From positions 64,001 to 128,000 of the forward strand of contig JANNWY010000307.1 of the NCBI GenBank assembly GCA_031409335.1: 64,000 bases of DNA, written 5' to 3'. The translations under genes and the position numbers were made by a program. Of this stretch, positions 18,859 to 28,470 are shown piece by piece. Each line of letters opens with the position of its first letter. The first letter of the stretch is position 1. This DNA is from Chthoniobacteraceae bacterium. Its GTDB lineage: Bacteria; Verrucomicrobiota; Verrucomicrobiia; Chthoniobacterales; Chthoniobacteraceae. The notes beneath the pieces are model-generated. The model was not told the DNA's origin and did not search any database. It saw only the letters and a list, made by a program, of their open reading frames with translations.

Positions 18859-20643
18859 ATGAAACACGCTCCGAATATCCTGCTCGCTTCCATCTCTTCA
18901 CTCGCTGCTGCCGCCGTCGCGCTGCCGATCGCGGCTCGCGCGGAGCTGCCGCTCGGGGTCGCCGCGGGCGATACGACCCAGACTTCCTCCGTCCTCTGGG
19001 GAAAGGCGAATGCGCCCGGGGCCGTCGCCTTTGACATCGCGACGGACGCCGCCTTTACCAACATCGTCGGTTCGCAATCCGTAACGGTGCTCGACGCCAC
19101 GCTGCCTGCGAAGTGGGACGTGAGCGGGCTGGCGGCGGGAACGCAATATTACTACCGCGCGTCGGACGATGGCGGGGCGAGCTTTTCGCGGGGACTGTTC
19201 CGCACTTTTGAAAATGCCGGCGTCGGCGCGGGCGTTCACTTTGGCGTGAGCGGCGACTGGCGCGGGGAACTCGGCTCGTACCCGGCGGTGGCAAATGCCG
19301 CGGGTCGCAATCTGGATTTCTTCGTGGCGCTCGGGGACACGATCTATGGCGATGTCGCTTCGCCAGCTTCGGCAGGCTTCACGAATCCAAACCAGGCTCA
19401 GACGCTGGCGGAGTATCGCGCGAAACACGCGGAGGGTTACGGGCCGGGCCTGACGGGGACGAGCACGCTGGCGGCGCTGCGCGCTTCGACTTCCACGTTC
19501 GTCACAATCGACGATCACGAGGTGACGAACGATTTCGCGGGTGGCGCGCTCATTTCCAGCGATGCGCGTTTTACCGGGACACCCACCGATCGCATCAATG
19601 ACAGCGCGCTTTACAACAACGGGCGGCAGGCGTTTCAGGAATACAATCCCGTGCGCGACTTGAGCTATGGCGTGGTGGGTGGCGATGGCCGGATGGATGG
19701 GGAAAAGAAGCTTTATCGCGCCCAGCAGTTTGGCAGCAAGGCGGCGATGTTCATGCTGGATGCGCGTTCGTTTCGCGACAAGGAGGCGGTGCTCAGCGGG
19801 CCGGGTGCAAATCCCGGCGAGGTCTTCGTGCCGGGTCGCACGATGCTGGGCAGCCAGCAACTCGCGGACGTGAAAGCGGACCTGCTCTCCGCGCAAGGCA
19901 GCGGAGTAACGTGGAAATTCGTGATGGTGCCCGAGCCGATGCAGCAGCTCGGCGCGATCGGTGCGGCAGACCGTTTCGAGGGTTACTTTTCCGAACGCAA
20001 CGACCTGCTTTCCTTCATCGACGCGAACGACATCCAGAATGTGGTCTTCGTCGCGGCGGACATTCACGGGACGGTGCTGAACGATGTGAACTATTCGAGC
20101 ACTGGTTTCCCCGGAGGCGCGACGCTCCCGAGCGGTGCGTTCGAGATCACGACTGGGTCGGTTGCGTATGACAAGCCATTCACGCCCACCGTCATCGACC
20201 TCGCGGAGGGGGCCGGACTTATCCCGCCCGCCACGGCTGCGTTTCTGCGGAGCCTTCCACCCGCGGCGCAGGATGCGCAGGTCGCAAATATCATCAACTC
20301 CGCGATCGCGAACGACGCGCTCTTCGGCCCGCTCGACCCACTCGGCCTGGAACTCGGGGAAGGCATCGACTTCAACATGCTGCAAGGACCGGCGAATGGG
20401 TTCGTGGGTTCGACCTTCGGCTGGACGGAATTCGATATCGCAGCCGATGGGTTGCTGACAGTGACGACCTGGGGCGTCCCCGCGTACGATCTCGCCGACC
20501 TGCAAGCGAACCCAGCCGCCATCGCCGCGCTCACGCCAACGATTCAGAGCCAGTTCACCGTCGCGCCCGTGCCCGAACCGACTTCCGCGAGTTTGCTCCT
20601 GGCAAGTTTGTGCGGATGGCTCGGACGGCGCCGCCGCCGTTGA
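18859..20643 (+). CDS. phoD: Alkaline phosphatase D family protein with PEP-CTERM anchor
   Basis: GVAAGD N-domain, LGDTIYGD, DDHEVTNDF, LDARSFR, TMLGSQQ and AADIH. C-terminal VPEP-TM-RRRRR. Confidence 0.9.
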   Translation: MKHAPNILLASISSLAAAAVALPIAARAELPLGVAAGDTTQTSSVLWGKANAPGAVAFDIATDAAFTNIVGSQSVTVLDATLPAKWDVSGLAAGTQYYYRASDDGGASFSRGLFRTFENAGVGAGVHFGVSGDWRGELGSYPAVANAAGRNLDFFVALGDTIYGDVASPASAGFTNPNQAQTLAEYRAKHAEGYGPGLTGTSTLAALRASTSTFVTIDDHEVTNDFAGGALISSDARFTGTPTDRINDSALYNNGRQAFQEYNPVRDLSYGVVGGDGRMDGEKKLYRAQQFGSKAAMFMLDARSFRDKEAVLSGPGANPGEVFVPGRTMLGSQQLADVKADLLSAQGSGVTWKFVMVPEPMQQLGAIGAADRFEGYFSERNDLLSFIDANDIQNVVFVAADIHGTVLNDVNYSSTGFPGGATLPSGAFEITTGSVAYDKPFTPTVIDLAEGAGLIPPATAAFLRSLPPAAQDAQVANIINSAIANDALFGPLDPLGLELGEGIDFNMLQGPANGFVGSTFGWTEFDIAADGLLTVTTWGVPAYDLADLQANPAAIAALTPTIQSQFTVAPVPEPTSASLLLASLCGWLGRRRRR

Positions 20644-21676
20644 GCGCAGCCCGAGTCGCGGGAGGTTTGCCTCCTTTGCCGTAGATTGAAGTTGGCCGGG
20701 AAATTCTCGCGGTCTGATCTCGGTCGGCGGGCGTGGCTGACTCGCTGGCCAGCGCGCCGCAGCGCAAGCCCCGGCGGCTCACGGTCAGGGAATCGAAATC
20801 CAGGCACGCGAGCGCCGTGTCAAAGATTGCGGCACCGGTCAGGATCACGTCGGCGCGCTTCTCTGGCAGACCAGCGATCAGTTTCCGCTCGCGCAAGGAG
20901 AGCTGCCAGAGGCGTTCGGTGTGAAAATGAACCTCGCTGCGCGACATTTGCAGTGTCGGGATTTTCCCATCACGCCGCCTGCCGCCTGCCTGCATGGTGG
21001 CGAGGCAGATCGCCGTGCCGCCGGTTCCGAAGAATTGGAAATCGTGTGCCGCGGACCCCAGTTCGGATCGCACGTCGGGCGCGACGGACGCGGTGAAAAA
21101 CTGTTCTAGGAATTCCGTGCACCGTTCCCGATCTCCGGCGGTCGGCGGATCGCTCATCGGCAGCATTTCCATGAACCGGACTGTCCCCAATTGATAGCTC
21201 CGACGGAATCGAATCCGGTCTCCGCTCGATACGATCAACTCCGTGCTCCCCCCACCCACGTCCAAAATTACGAGTGATTTTCCGGTGATCGCCGGATCGG
21301 AGGCCACGCCGCGATGGACCAGTTCCGCCTCACGCACGCCAGAGATCACCTCCAGCGGGAGACCGGTTCGCGCCAGCACCAGCGCTTCGAATTCACCGCG
21401 ATTGAGGGCATCGCGAACGGCGCTGGTGGCGACGAGGCGGATCGACTGCGGTTGAAAGTGCGCGGCGCGTTCGATGAGTTCCTTGATGGCAAAAATCGCG
21501 GCATTCATCGACTCGGGCTGAAGGCTCCGCGACAGATAAAGGCCCGTGCCGAGACGCGCGGAATTTTTGGCGGTGGCATCAAGAACCGGCGTCACCGCTT
21601 CCGGGGTCACGCTGGCCACCAGAAGTTTTACCGAATTCGTGCCGAGGTCGATGACCGCTTTGATTTCTGGATTCAT
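20555..21676 (-). CDS. ppx: Ppx/GppA exopolyphosphatase, short form without HD domain
   Basis: AVIDLGTNSVKL, ATSAVRDA.N, ISG.REA, DVGGGSTE, GTGGT, RADVI..GA.I and GLR.G. Confidence 0.93.
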   Translation of the reverse strand: MNPEIKAVIDLGTNSVKLLVASVTPEAVTPVLDATAKNSARLGTGLYLSRSLQPESMNAAIFAIKELIERAAHFQPQSIRLVATSAVRDALNRGEFEALVLARTGLPLEVISGVREAELVHRGVASDPAITGKSLVILDVGGGSTELIVSSGDRIRFRRSYQLGTVRFMEMLPMSDPPTAGDRERCTEFLEQFFTASVAPDVRSELGSAAHDFQFFGTGGTAICLATMQAGGRRRDGKIPTLQMSRSEVHFHTERLWQLSLRERKLIAGLPEKRADVILTGAAIFDTALACLDFDSLTVSRRGLRCGALASESATPADRDQTARISRPTSIYGKGGKPPATRAALNGGGAVRAIRTNLPGANSRKSVRARARR

Positions 21677-21786
21677 GGTGGCCAGTGATTTGAGGCGGAG
21701 CGTCCGGTGCTTTCCACCGAGATTCTTTGTTACGGACCTATATCAAACGAATGGTGGCCTCATTGAGATGCGTCAAATGCGTCAAT

Positions 21787-21815
21787 ATCACGATTTGATG
21801 GCGTTCTGATGACGG
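21787..21815 (-). promoter_or_regulatory. Pho-box-like repeats facing ppx
   Basis: Minus strand CCGTCAT-caga-ACGCCAT-caaa-TCGTGAT; 11-bp period. Confidence 0.6.
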
Positions 21816-21846
21816 CGGAGGGTTTCGATGTCCAGACCGACAAGCC

Positions 21847-21875
21847 GCGACACCCAAACGCCACGAAATCTTCAC
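21847..21875 (+). promoter_or_regulatory. Pho-box-like repeats facing the 21944 gene
   Basis: GCGACAC-ccaa-ACGCCAC-gaaa-TCTTCAC; 11-bp period. Confidence 0.5.
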
Positions 21876-21943
21876 GAACCGGCGCTCAACGAACTGCCTA
21901 AAATGCGCTTTATTGAAAGCGCAGTTTCGGCCTCCCCAAATCT

Positions 21944-24900
21944 ATGAGAACTCGATTCTTACCGTTCGCCGCCGCGCTACTCATTCAATGCGGCACGGTC
22001 CTTTCACAAACTGGCGGGCTCAATGCGCCGCAGCCGGTCGCGCCGTTTCTGAATGGCGTTTTCCCGGCGACTTCACCGGGCGAGGCGACCGGGTGGACGA
22101 CGGTCAATGCGTTTCCCAATCTCACGTTCGTCGATCCGATCTGGCTCACGCCCTATCCCGGCACGAACAATCTCGTGGTCGCGGGAAAGAACGGGGAAAT
22201 CTGGCTCTTTAACAACAACCCCAACGTGGCGGCGGCGACGCGGATTCTGGATCTCCGCACGAAGGTTCAGACGGAAGGCGATCAAGGATTGTATTGCCTC
22301 GTGTTTCATCCGCAGTTCGGTCAGGCCGGATCGCCGAACCGCGGCTATATCTATATTAGTTACAACCATCGCCCGGCGCTGGCTGGCGCGGGGCCGGATG
22401 CGAGCTATCAGCGGCTGTCGCGCTTTACCATTCCCGATGGCAGTAACATCCCGGACGCGGCTTCCGAGCAGGTGCTCATTCATCAATACGATCCGCAGTC
22501 TTGGCACAATGGCGGGGCGATGTTGTTTGGGCCGGATGGGTTTCTCTATTTGACGAACGGCGACGGCGGAAACTCGAACGATTCCTATAACAATTCGCAA
22601 CGCATCGACTTCGGGCTGTTCAGCGGTGTGCTGCGCATCGACGTGGATCGCGATCCGGCGCGGAGCCATCCGATCCGGCGGCAGCCGCAGGATGCAGGTC
22701 GCCCGGCTGGCTGGCCGGTGAGTTTCACGGCGAATTATTACATTCCAAATGACAACCCGTGGCTCGATCCGGCGGGCACGATCCTGGAGGAATTTTATAC
22801 GGTCGGCCTGCGCAGTCCCCACGCGATGCATCGCGACGCGGTGACTGGCGACATCTGGCTGGGTGATGTGGGTCAGGGGACGCAGGAGGAGATCAGCCTC
22901 GTCGTGCGGGGCGGGAATAATCAGTGGGCCTTTCGCGAAGGCGCGGTGGCCGGGCCGAAGGCGCGCCCGGCGGTGCTCATTGGCACGGAGCAGCCGCCGG
23001 TGCATTCGTACGGACGCGGAGTGGGTTCGTGCGTGATCGGTGGGCTCGTTTATCGCGGACCCGAGTTCGCGACGGCGCTGGGTGGAAAGTACCTTTTCGG
23101 CGATCACGTCGCGGGCGTGATTTGGGCGATGACCTACACACCGGGTCAGCCGCCGCAGATCACGACGCTGTGCAATTTTCCCACGGGAAACAAAGCGGGG
23201 CTGGCGAACTTCTGCGAGGACGCGAGCGGCAACGTGTATCTGATGAATCTCGCGGGCACGAATGTCGCGGGCGGCACGATCCGCAAGCTCGCGAATACCG
23301 GCCTTTCGCCCGAGCCGCCGGCGCTGCTTTCGCAAACCGGCGCATTTTCAAATCTCGCCACGCTCGCGCCCGCGGCGGGCCTCCTGCCCTACGACATCGG
23401 CTCGCCGCTCTGGTCGGATGGCGCGGAGAAATGGCGCTGGATCGCGCTGCCGAATGACGGCTCGCACAACACGGCGGCGGAGAAGATTGTTTTCAGCGAA
23501 AAGGGCAACTGGGTTTTCCCGGCGGGCACCGTTTTCGTGAAGCACTTCGAGCTGCCGATCGACGAGGGAAATCCGCTGCTGGCGAAACGTCTCGAAACGC
23601 GCTTCCTCATCGCGACCGCGCGCGGCGGCCACTACGGCGTGACGTATCGCTGGAACGCCACGGGCACGGAGGCGACGCTGCTGCAGACGGGTGAATCGGC
23701 GATCATTTCCATCGCCACGAGCGGTGGCGGAACGCGAATGCAGCAGTGGGATTTCCCCAGCCGCAATGACTGTCTGCGCTGCCACAATCTCGCCTCTGGC
23801 CAGGCGCTCGGCGTGCGCACCGCGCCGCTCGATCACGATTATTTCTACCCGCCGACCGGACGCACCGCGAACCAGCTCCGCACCTGGAATGCGCTCGGCA
23901 TGTTCGACCGCACGCTCAATTCCACCGAGATCGACAACTTCATGGCGTCGCGCGCGCTTACCGACACCGCGGCACCGCTGGAGCATCGCGTGCGCTCGTA
24001 CCTCGACTCGAACTGCTCGCACTGCCATCGCCCCGGCGGCGCGTTCGATGGCTTCGATGCGCGGCTCGGCACGCCGCTCAGCACGCAGAATCTGATCAAC
24101 GGATTGCTCACCGGAAATTTCAGCAGCAATCCAAATCATCGCTACCTCCGGCCCGGTGATTTGGCGAACTCGATCGTGCATCTGCGGGCCTCGCAGGCCG
24201 GCCCAAACAACGGCGTGGCCATGCCGCCGCTGGCGAAAAACAAAGTCGATGACACGGCGGTGCAGGCGCTTGCGGCTTACATCGGCTCGATCACTGAAGC
24301 GGAGTTCGACTCGACTTACACGGTCGCCCGCTACGTGCGGCTGATCGGCGATTCCGAGATGTTTGGCAATCCGTGGACGACCATCGCCGAACTCACCATC
24401 CTCCGGGGTTCGGGTCAGCCGATTCCACAATCGGATTACATCGTGACAGTCGATGCCGAGGAGCCCGACGGCCTCGGCATCTACGCCGTCGATGGCAACC
24501 CGGACACGCTCTGGCACACGAGCTGGCGCGACAGCGATCCGCCGCATCCGCACACTTTCACCGTCGATCTCGGCGAGCTGACGACGGTCGGCGGTTTCCG
24601 CTATTTGCCGCGGCAGGACATGGCGAATGGGCGGATCAAAGACTGGCGCTTCCAGATCAGCACGGATGGCGTGACTTGGACGCAGGCGGGTGCGGGGCAG
24701 TTCACGGACGGCACCGATCTGAAAATTTTCGACACGCTCGTCGGCGGGATTCGTCCGGCGCGCGCTTCGCTGGCCGGTCCGTCGGGAACGGTGGGCGGTG
24801 AATTCGAGGTCACGCTCACTTTCGATTTCGATGTGACCGGAATGACAGCGGGAGATTTCGCGGTGACGAATGGCGCGCTGACCGGGCTGCGCGGCAGCGG

Positions 24901-26770
24901 GCATTATTACGTGGCGAAAGTGCGGCCCGTCGCTTCGCCCGTGACCGTCTCGCTACCTGCGAATCGCGTCACCGCGAGCAATGGCGCGGGCAACAATGCG
25001 TCGATCATTTTGAATCTGCCGTTCCTCGATGTGTCCGGTCCAGTGCCGGGCTTCACGCAATTGCCGCCCGGCTCGATCGTCAGCGGCGCATTCACCATCG
25101 GCGTGGATTTTGGTGAAACCGTGGTCGGTTTGACTGCGGCCGATTTTCAAATCACAAACGGCACGCTCACCTCGCTCGGCGGCAACGGCAGTCTGTTCGC
25201 GCTCGGCATCGCGCCGCTCGCGCCGGGGCCGGTCGTCGTGACGGTGCGCGCGGGTGCCGTCGCGGATCTGCTCGGCAATGCGATGGGGCCTGCGGTGAGC
25301 GCCAGCTTTTTGAATCAAAGCAACGTGTATCTCGTGGAAGCGGAAAACGGCGCGCTCGGCGGCGGCTTCGTGATCGCAAACTCGGCGAACGCGAGCGGTG
25401 GAAAATACATCGTCTTTCCCGATGGCACCGGCGGCGGCGTCGAGTTTGTGGACGCGCGTCGCGCGGACTATTCGCTGTCCGTCCCCGAGGCCGGCGACTA
25501 CCGGCTCGTGGGCCGCGTCAATTCGCCGGACAACAGCGCGGATTCGTTCTTCGTGCGCATGGATGGCGCGCCCGCGACGCCGTATCTCTGGGACACGCCG
25601 GTCACCGGCGGTTTTGTCGTCGATTACGTCAATAACCGCGGCGGTGCCGATCCCGTCATCTTTCCACTCACCGTCGGCCCGCACGTCGCGTCGATCTACG
25701 AGCGCGACGACGGCACGCAGCTCGACTGGATCGCGCTCGAGCCGGTGAATCCGATCGTGCGCCTCAGCACTGCGGCGGGTGCGGTGTCCGGCGATTTCAC
25801 GGTCAGCATCTTCTTCACGCAAAATGTCACCGGCCTCGCCGCGGCGGATTTTTCCATCGCGGGAGGAAACGTCACGAGCCTCGCCGGAAGCGGAGCCAGC
25901 TACACGCTCACCGTTCATCCCACCACGTCGCCCGTCATCATCTCGCTGCCCGCCGATGCCGCGGCAGACGCGCTTGGCGGCGGCAATCGGCCATCGAACA
26001 CCGTGCTCGTGCCGTTCAACGATCCCGCGTTGCGCAACATCAGCATCTCGTCCGTCAGCGTCCCCGAAAATGCCGGTACCGCTGCCGTGATCGTTTCACT
26101 CAACGCACCCGCAGTCGCGGGCGTGTCCGCGAGTTTTATCACGCTCAACGGCACCGCCGCGAGTCCCGGCGATTTTGTGGGAAGCTCAGGCAGCGTCACG
26201 ATTCCAGCCGGGCAGCAGCAGACGATTGTGAACGTGCCGATCGTCAACGACTCGATCCGCGAAGCGAACGAATCGTTCACCGTGGAATTGCACACGCCCG
26301 TCAACGCCCAAATCGCCAGCGCGACCGCCGTCGTCACCATTCAAAACGACGACACGCTCTTCGACGAATGGGCGGGTGCGAACGGCCTCGCGGGCGCAAC
26401 TCCCGGTGGCGACATCGACGGCGACGGCCTGCTCGACGCGCTCGAATTCGCCTTCAATCTCAACCCGCACAGCGGCCACGCGCCGCCATGGATTCCTGGC
26501 ACCAACACCGGCCTCCCATCCGCCTCACTCGTCCTCGTGAACGAAGAGCCCACCTTCTTCGACCTCCACTATCTCCGCCGTCGCGCAGCCACAAATCCCG
26601 GCATCACCTACCGCGCGCACATCGCGCACAATCTCGCCGACTGGCAGCCGTGGACCGGCGCGGAAACGGTCACCACGATCGACGCAACTTGGGAATCCGT
26701 CCGCATCCGCGTCCCCCTCGCGCCCGGCAATCCACGGTGCTTCGGGCGGGTCGAGATTCAGATGCCTTGA
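21944..26770 (+). CDS. Secreted glucose/sorbosone dehydrogenase-family propeller with a di-heme cytochrome c region, discoidin (F5/8), Ig-like, Calx-beta and verrucomicrobial-type C-terminal domains
   Basis: HNGGAMLFGPDGFLY..GDGG, GLRSPH, WLGDVGQ..EEI; LWSDGAEK.RW; CLRCH and CSHCH; ARYVRL..WHTSW; ENAG..E.NE.F.V.L; DIDGDGLLDALEF..CFGRVEI. Confidence 0.9.
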   Translation: MRTRFLPFAAALLIQCGTVLSQTGGLNAPQPVAPFLNGVFPATSPGEATGWTTVNAFPNLTFVDPIWLTPYPGTNNLVVAGKNGEIWLFNNNPNVAAATRILDLRTKVQTEGDQGLYCLVFHPQFGQAGSPNRGYIYISYNHRPALAGAGPDASYQRLSRFTIPDGSNIPDAASEQVLIHQYDPQSWHNGGAMLFGPDGFLYLTNGDGGNSNDSYNNSQRIDFGLFSGVLRIDVDRDPARSHPIRRQPQDAGRPAGWPVSFTANYYIPNDNPWLDPAGTILEEFYTVGLRSPHAMHRDAVTGDIWLGDVGQGTQEEISLVVRGGNNQWAFREGAVAGPKARPAVLIGTEQPPVHSYGRGVGSCVIGGLVYRGPEFATALGGKYLFGDHVAGVIWAMTYTPGQPPQITTLCNFPTGNKAGLANFCEDASGNVYLMNLAGTNVAGGTIRKLANTGLSPEPPALLSQTGAFSNLATLAPAAGLLPYDIGSPLWSDGAEKWRWIALPNDGSHNTAAEKIVFSEKGNWVFPAGTVFVKHFELPIDEGNPLLAKRLETRFLIATARGGHYGVTYRWNATGTEATLLQTGESAIISIATSGGGTRMQQWDFPSRNDCLRCHNLASGQALGVRTAPLDHDYFYPPTGRTANQLRTWNALGMFDRTLNSTEIDNFMASRALTDTAAPLEHRVRSYLDSNCSHCHRPGGAFDGFDARLGTPLSTQNLINGLLTGNFSSNPNHRYLRPGDLANSIVHLRASQAGPNNGVAMPPLAKNKVDDTAVQALAAYIGSITEAEFDSTYTVARYVRLIGDSEMFGNPWTTIAELTILRGSGQPIPQSDYIVTVDAEEPDGLGIYAVDGNPDTLWHTSWRDSDPPHPHTFTVDLGELTTVGGFRYLPRQDMANGRIKDWRFQISTDGVTWTQAGAGQFTDGTDLKIFDTLVGGIRPARASLAGPSGTVGGEFEVTLTFDFDVTGMTAGDFAVTNGALTGLRGSGHYYVAKVRPVASPVTVSLPANRVTASNGAGNNASIILNLPFLDVSGPVPGFTQLPPGSIVSGAFTIGVDFGETVVGLTAADFQITNGTLTSLGGNGSLFALGIAPLAPGPVVVTVRAGAVADLLGNAMGPAVSASFLNQSNVYLVEAENGALGGGFVIANSANASGGKYIVFPDGTGGGVEFVDARRADYSLSVPEAGDYRLVGRVNSPDNSADSFFVRMDGAPATPYLWDTPVTGGFVVDYVNNRGGADPVIFPLTVGPHVASIYERDDGTQLDWIALEPVNPIVRLSTAAGAVSGDFTVSIFFTQNVTGLAAADFSIAGGNVTSLAGSGASYTLTVHPTTSPVIISLPADAAADALGGGNRPSNTVLVPFNDPALRNISISSVSVPENAGTAAVIVSLNAPAVAGVSASFITLNGTAASPGDFVGSSGSVTIPAGQQQTIVNVPIVNDSIREANESFTVELHTPVNAQIASATAVVTIQNDDTLFDEWAGANGLAGATPGGDIDGDGLLDALEFAFNLNPHSGHAPPWIPGTNTGLPSASLVLVNEEPTFFDLHYLRRRAATNPGITYRAHIAHNLADWQPWTGAETVTTIDATWESVRIRVPLAPGNPRCFGRVEIQMP

Positions 26771-26813
26771 ACGCGCATTGCAGTCGCGAGATCGGTGCTC
26801 CGCCAACGCGGCA
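26767..26813 (+). repeat. 47-bp direct repeat, copy A
   Basis: 42/47 identical to 35104-35150; overlaps the stop codon of the 21944 gene. Confidence 0.85.
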
Positions 26814-26933
26814 TCTTTCGGGGGCGAGGTCCTGACCCGCGGCGCGAGCCAGGCGGTGCCCGAACCCGGATCGGCGGCCCTGCTGCTCGGGGGCCTGGCC
26901 ACCCTGCTCGGCCTGCGCCGACGGCAGGCGTGA
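26799..26933 (+). pseudogene. Orphan PEP-CTERM tail with no parent gene
   Basis: Frame 3 reads SANAASFGGEVLTRGASQAVPEPGSAALLLGGLATLLGLRRRQA*. It is out of frame with, and downstream of, the stop of the 21944 gene. Confidence 0.88.
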
Positions 26934-27044
26934 ACAATTTCGTCCGGGGAAGGACGGGGTGGCGGCAGTTTTCTTGACGGGGCACTGCCGCTCTCAAAAG
27001 GGGGGTTCAAAGCCGCGCGGTGGGGACCGCGCGGCTTTCTTTTT
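26928..27044 (+). repeat. Conserved 3' structured element, copy 2, with intrinsic terminator
   Basis: Same three hairpins as copy 1. AAAGCCGCGCGGT/ACCGCGCGGCTTT is followed by CTTTTT. Confidence 0.87.
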
Positions 27045-27212
27045 CCGATCGCGGGAGCCAGCGTGGCCGCAACCGCTGTTTCGCTACAGTCGGTTTCATG
27101 CCGGATTGGTCGATGAGGCAGGCGAAGACGTCGGCCTGCTGGGCGATCTTTTCGGTGAGGGTGTTGCGCTGATCCCGGGCATTCAGCGTGATGGAGTTCG
27201 CACCCCCCCAGC

Positions 27213-28301
27213 TTACTCTCCGCTGCCCGCCGCCGCCGGTCCGATCGTCCCGCCGGGGATGAACTCCGCCCGGGTCAGCGTTTGCCGGATGTCCTTGCCA
27301 CCCCGGCTCACCGTCGCCGCCCAGCGCACGATGCTGCGCACCACCGGACCGGAATCCCAGCGGATATGGGAGATGGACGGCGTACACCAGGCAAAGGTGG
27401 GATCGGCATCCGTGCAGACCAGCGAGACCTGCTCGGGCACCAGCAAGCGCCGCCGGGCGAGAAATTGCTGCGTCGCGGCGAAAAAGGTCGCTTCCTGGAT
27501 GATCAGCGCGGTGGGTGGCGTGACTTGGAAGAGCGCGCCCAGCAGCTCCTGCAAGCCCTCCCTCGTCTCTTCCCAGTCCGGCAGATTGTAGGCACCCACC
27601 GCCACCCCGTGGACCTTGAGTTCCTCCAGAAAGACGCGCTCACTTTTGCCGGGCTCCGGCAGCCGCCGCAGCCGGCGGGCCAGCAGCACGATGCGCCGAT
27701 GGCCGAGCCCGAGCAGTTCGCGGGTGGCGGCGGCCATGGCCGGCGGCTTATCCGGTCCGGCGGACGCGATGGGCACTTCGAGTCGGCGTCCGAAAAGGTC
27801 AAACGCCGGCACCGGCTGCACGGAAAACCACTCCAGCACCGCGCGCGCGCCGCCGATCACCACCCAGGCATCCGCCGCGGTCTTTTGCACCATCCGGGCG
27901 ATGCGCGGCACCTCCATGCCGAGTTCCATCATGGCATGGGACGCGTAAATCGCCCCGTGCCCCGCCTCCACCAGCGCGTGCTGGAGTTCCACGATATAGT
28001 CCAGCTTCCGGTCGGCCGGCTCGAAGAGCAGAATCCCCACCCGCAAGGAGGGCGGGGCCTGGCCCTCCGGCAGCCGCTCCGGCAGCCGGATGAGCCGCTG
28101 CCGGCCGGCCCCTTGGGCGACCAGCAGCCCCTCCGCTTCGAGCTGCCGCAGCGCGGCCTCCACGGTCTTGTTGTTGACCTCCAATTCCTTCGCCAGGTGA
28201 TGCTTCCCCGGCATGAGCCCGCGCCAGCGCCCCCGCCAGAGATCCGCCCGCAGAGCCCCGGTGACTTGCTCGGTGATCGACAAAAAACGGCTCGCAGCCA
28301 T
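27213..28301 (-). CDS. Transcriptional regulator: GntR-like HTH plus LacI-type sugar-binding domain
   Basis: MPG..HLAKELEVNNKTVEAAL..LE.EG HTH; LGHRRI, PPTAL and VPEQVSLV. Divergent from the 28471 gene. Confidence 0.9.
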   Translation of the reverse strand: MAASRFLSITEQVTGALRADLWRGRWRGLMPGKHHLAKELEVNNKTVEAALRQLEAEGLLVAQGAGRQRLIRLPERLPEGQAPPSLRVGILLFEPADRKLDYIVELQHALVEAGHGAIYASHAMMELGMEVPRIARMVQKTAADAWVVIGGARAVLEWFSVQPVPAFDLFGRRLEVPIASAGPDKPPAMAAATRELLGLGHRRIVLLARRLRRLPEPGKSERVFLEELKVHGVAVGAYNLPDWEETREGLQELLGALFQVTPPTALIIQEATFFAATQQFLARRRLLVPEQVSLVCTDADPTFAWCTPSISHIRWDSGPVVRSIVRWAATVSRGGKDIRQTLTRAEFIPGGTIGPAAAGSGE

Positions 28302-28470
28302 GCCGCCGGACTTGGCCCAAAACCGGCCAGGCAGCGAGGAAAAAATATTTTGCCCACTCCGAGCGGGGTGGTATGGGGAAATTCTGTAACGATTCCCCAC
28401 AACGTCTCCTTCCCTCAACCTCCGTCGCACCTCTCCGCTCTCAGCAATCTCCCTTTCAAAGCCCAATACG

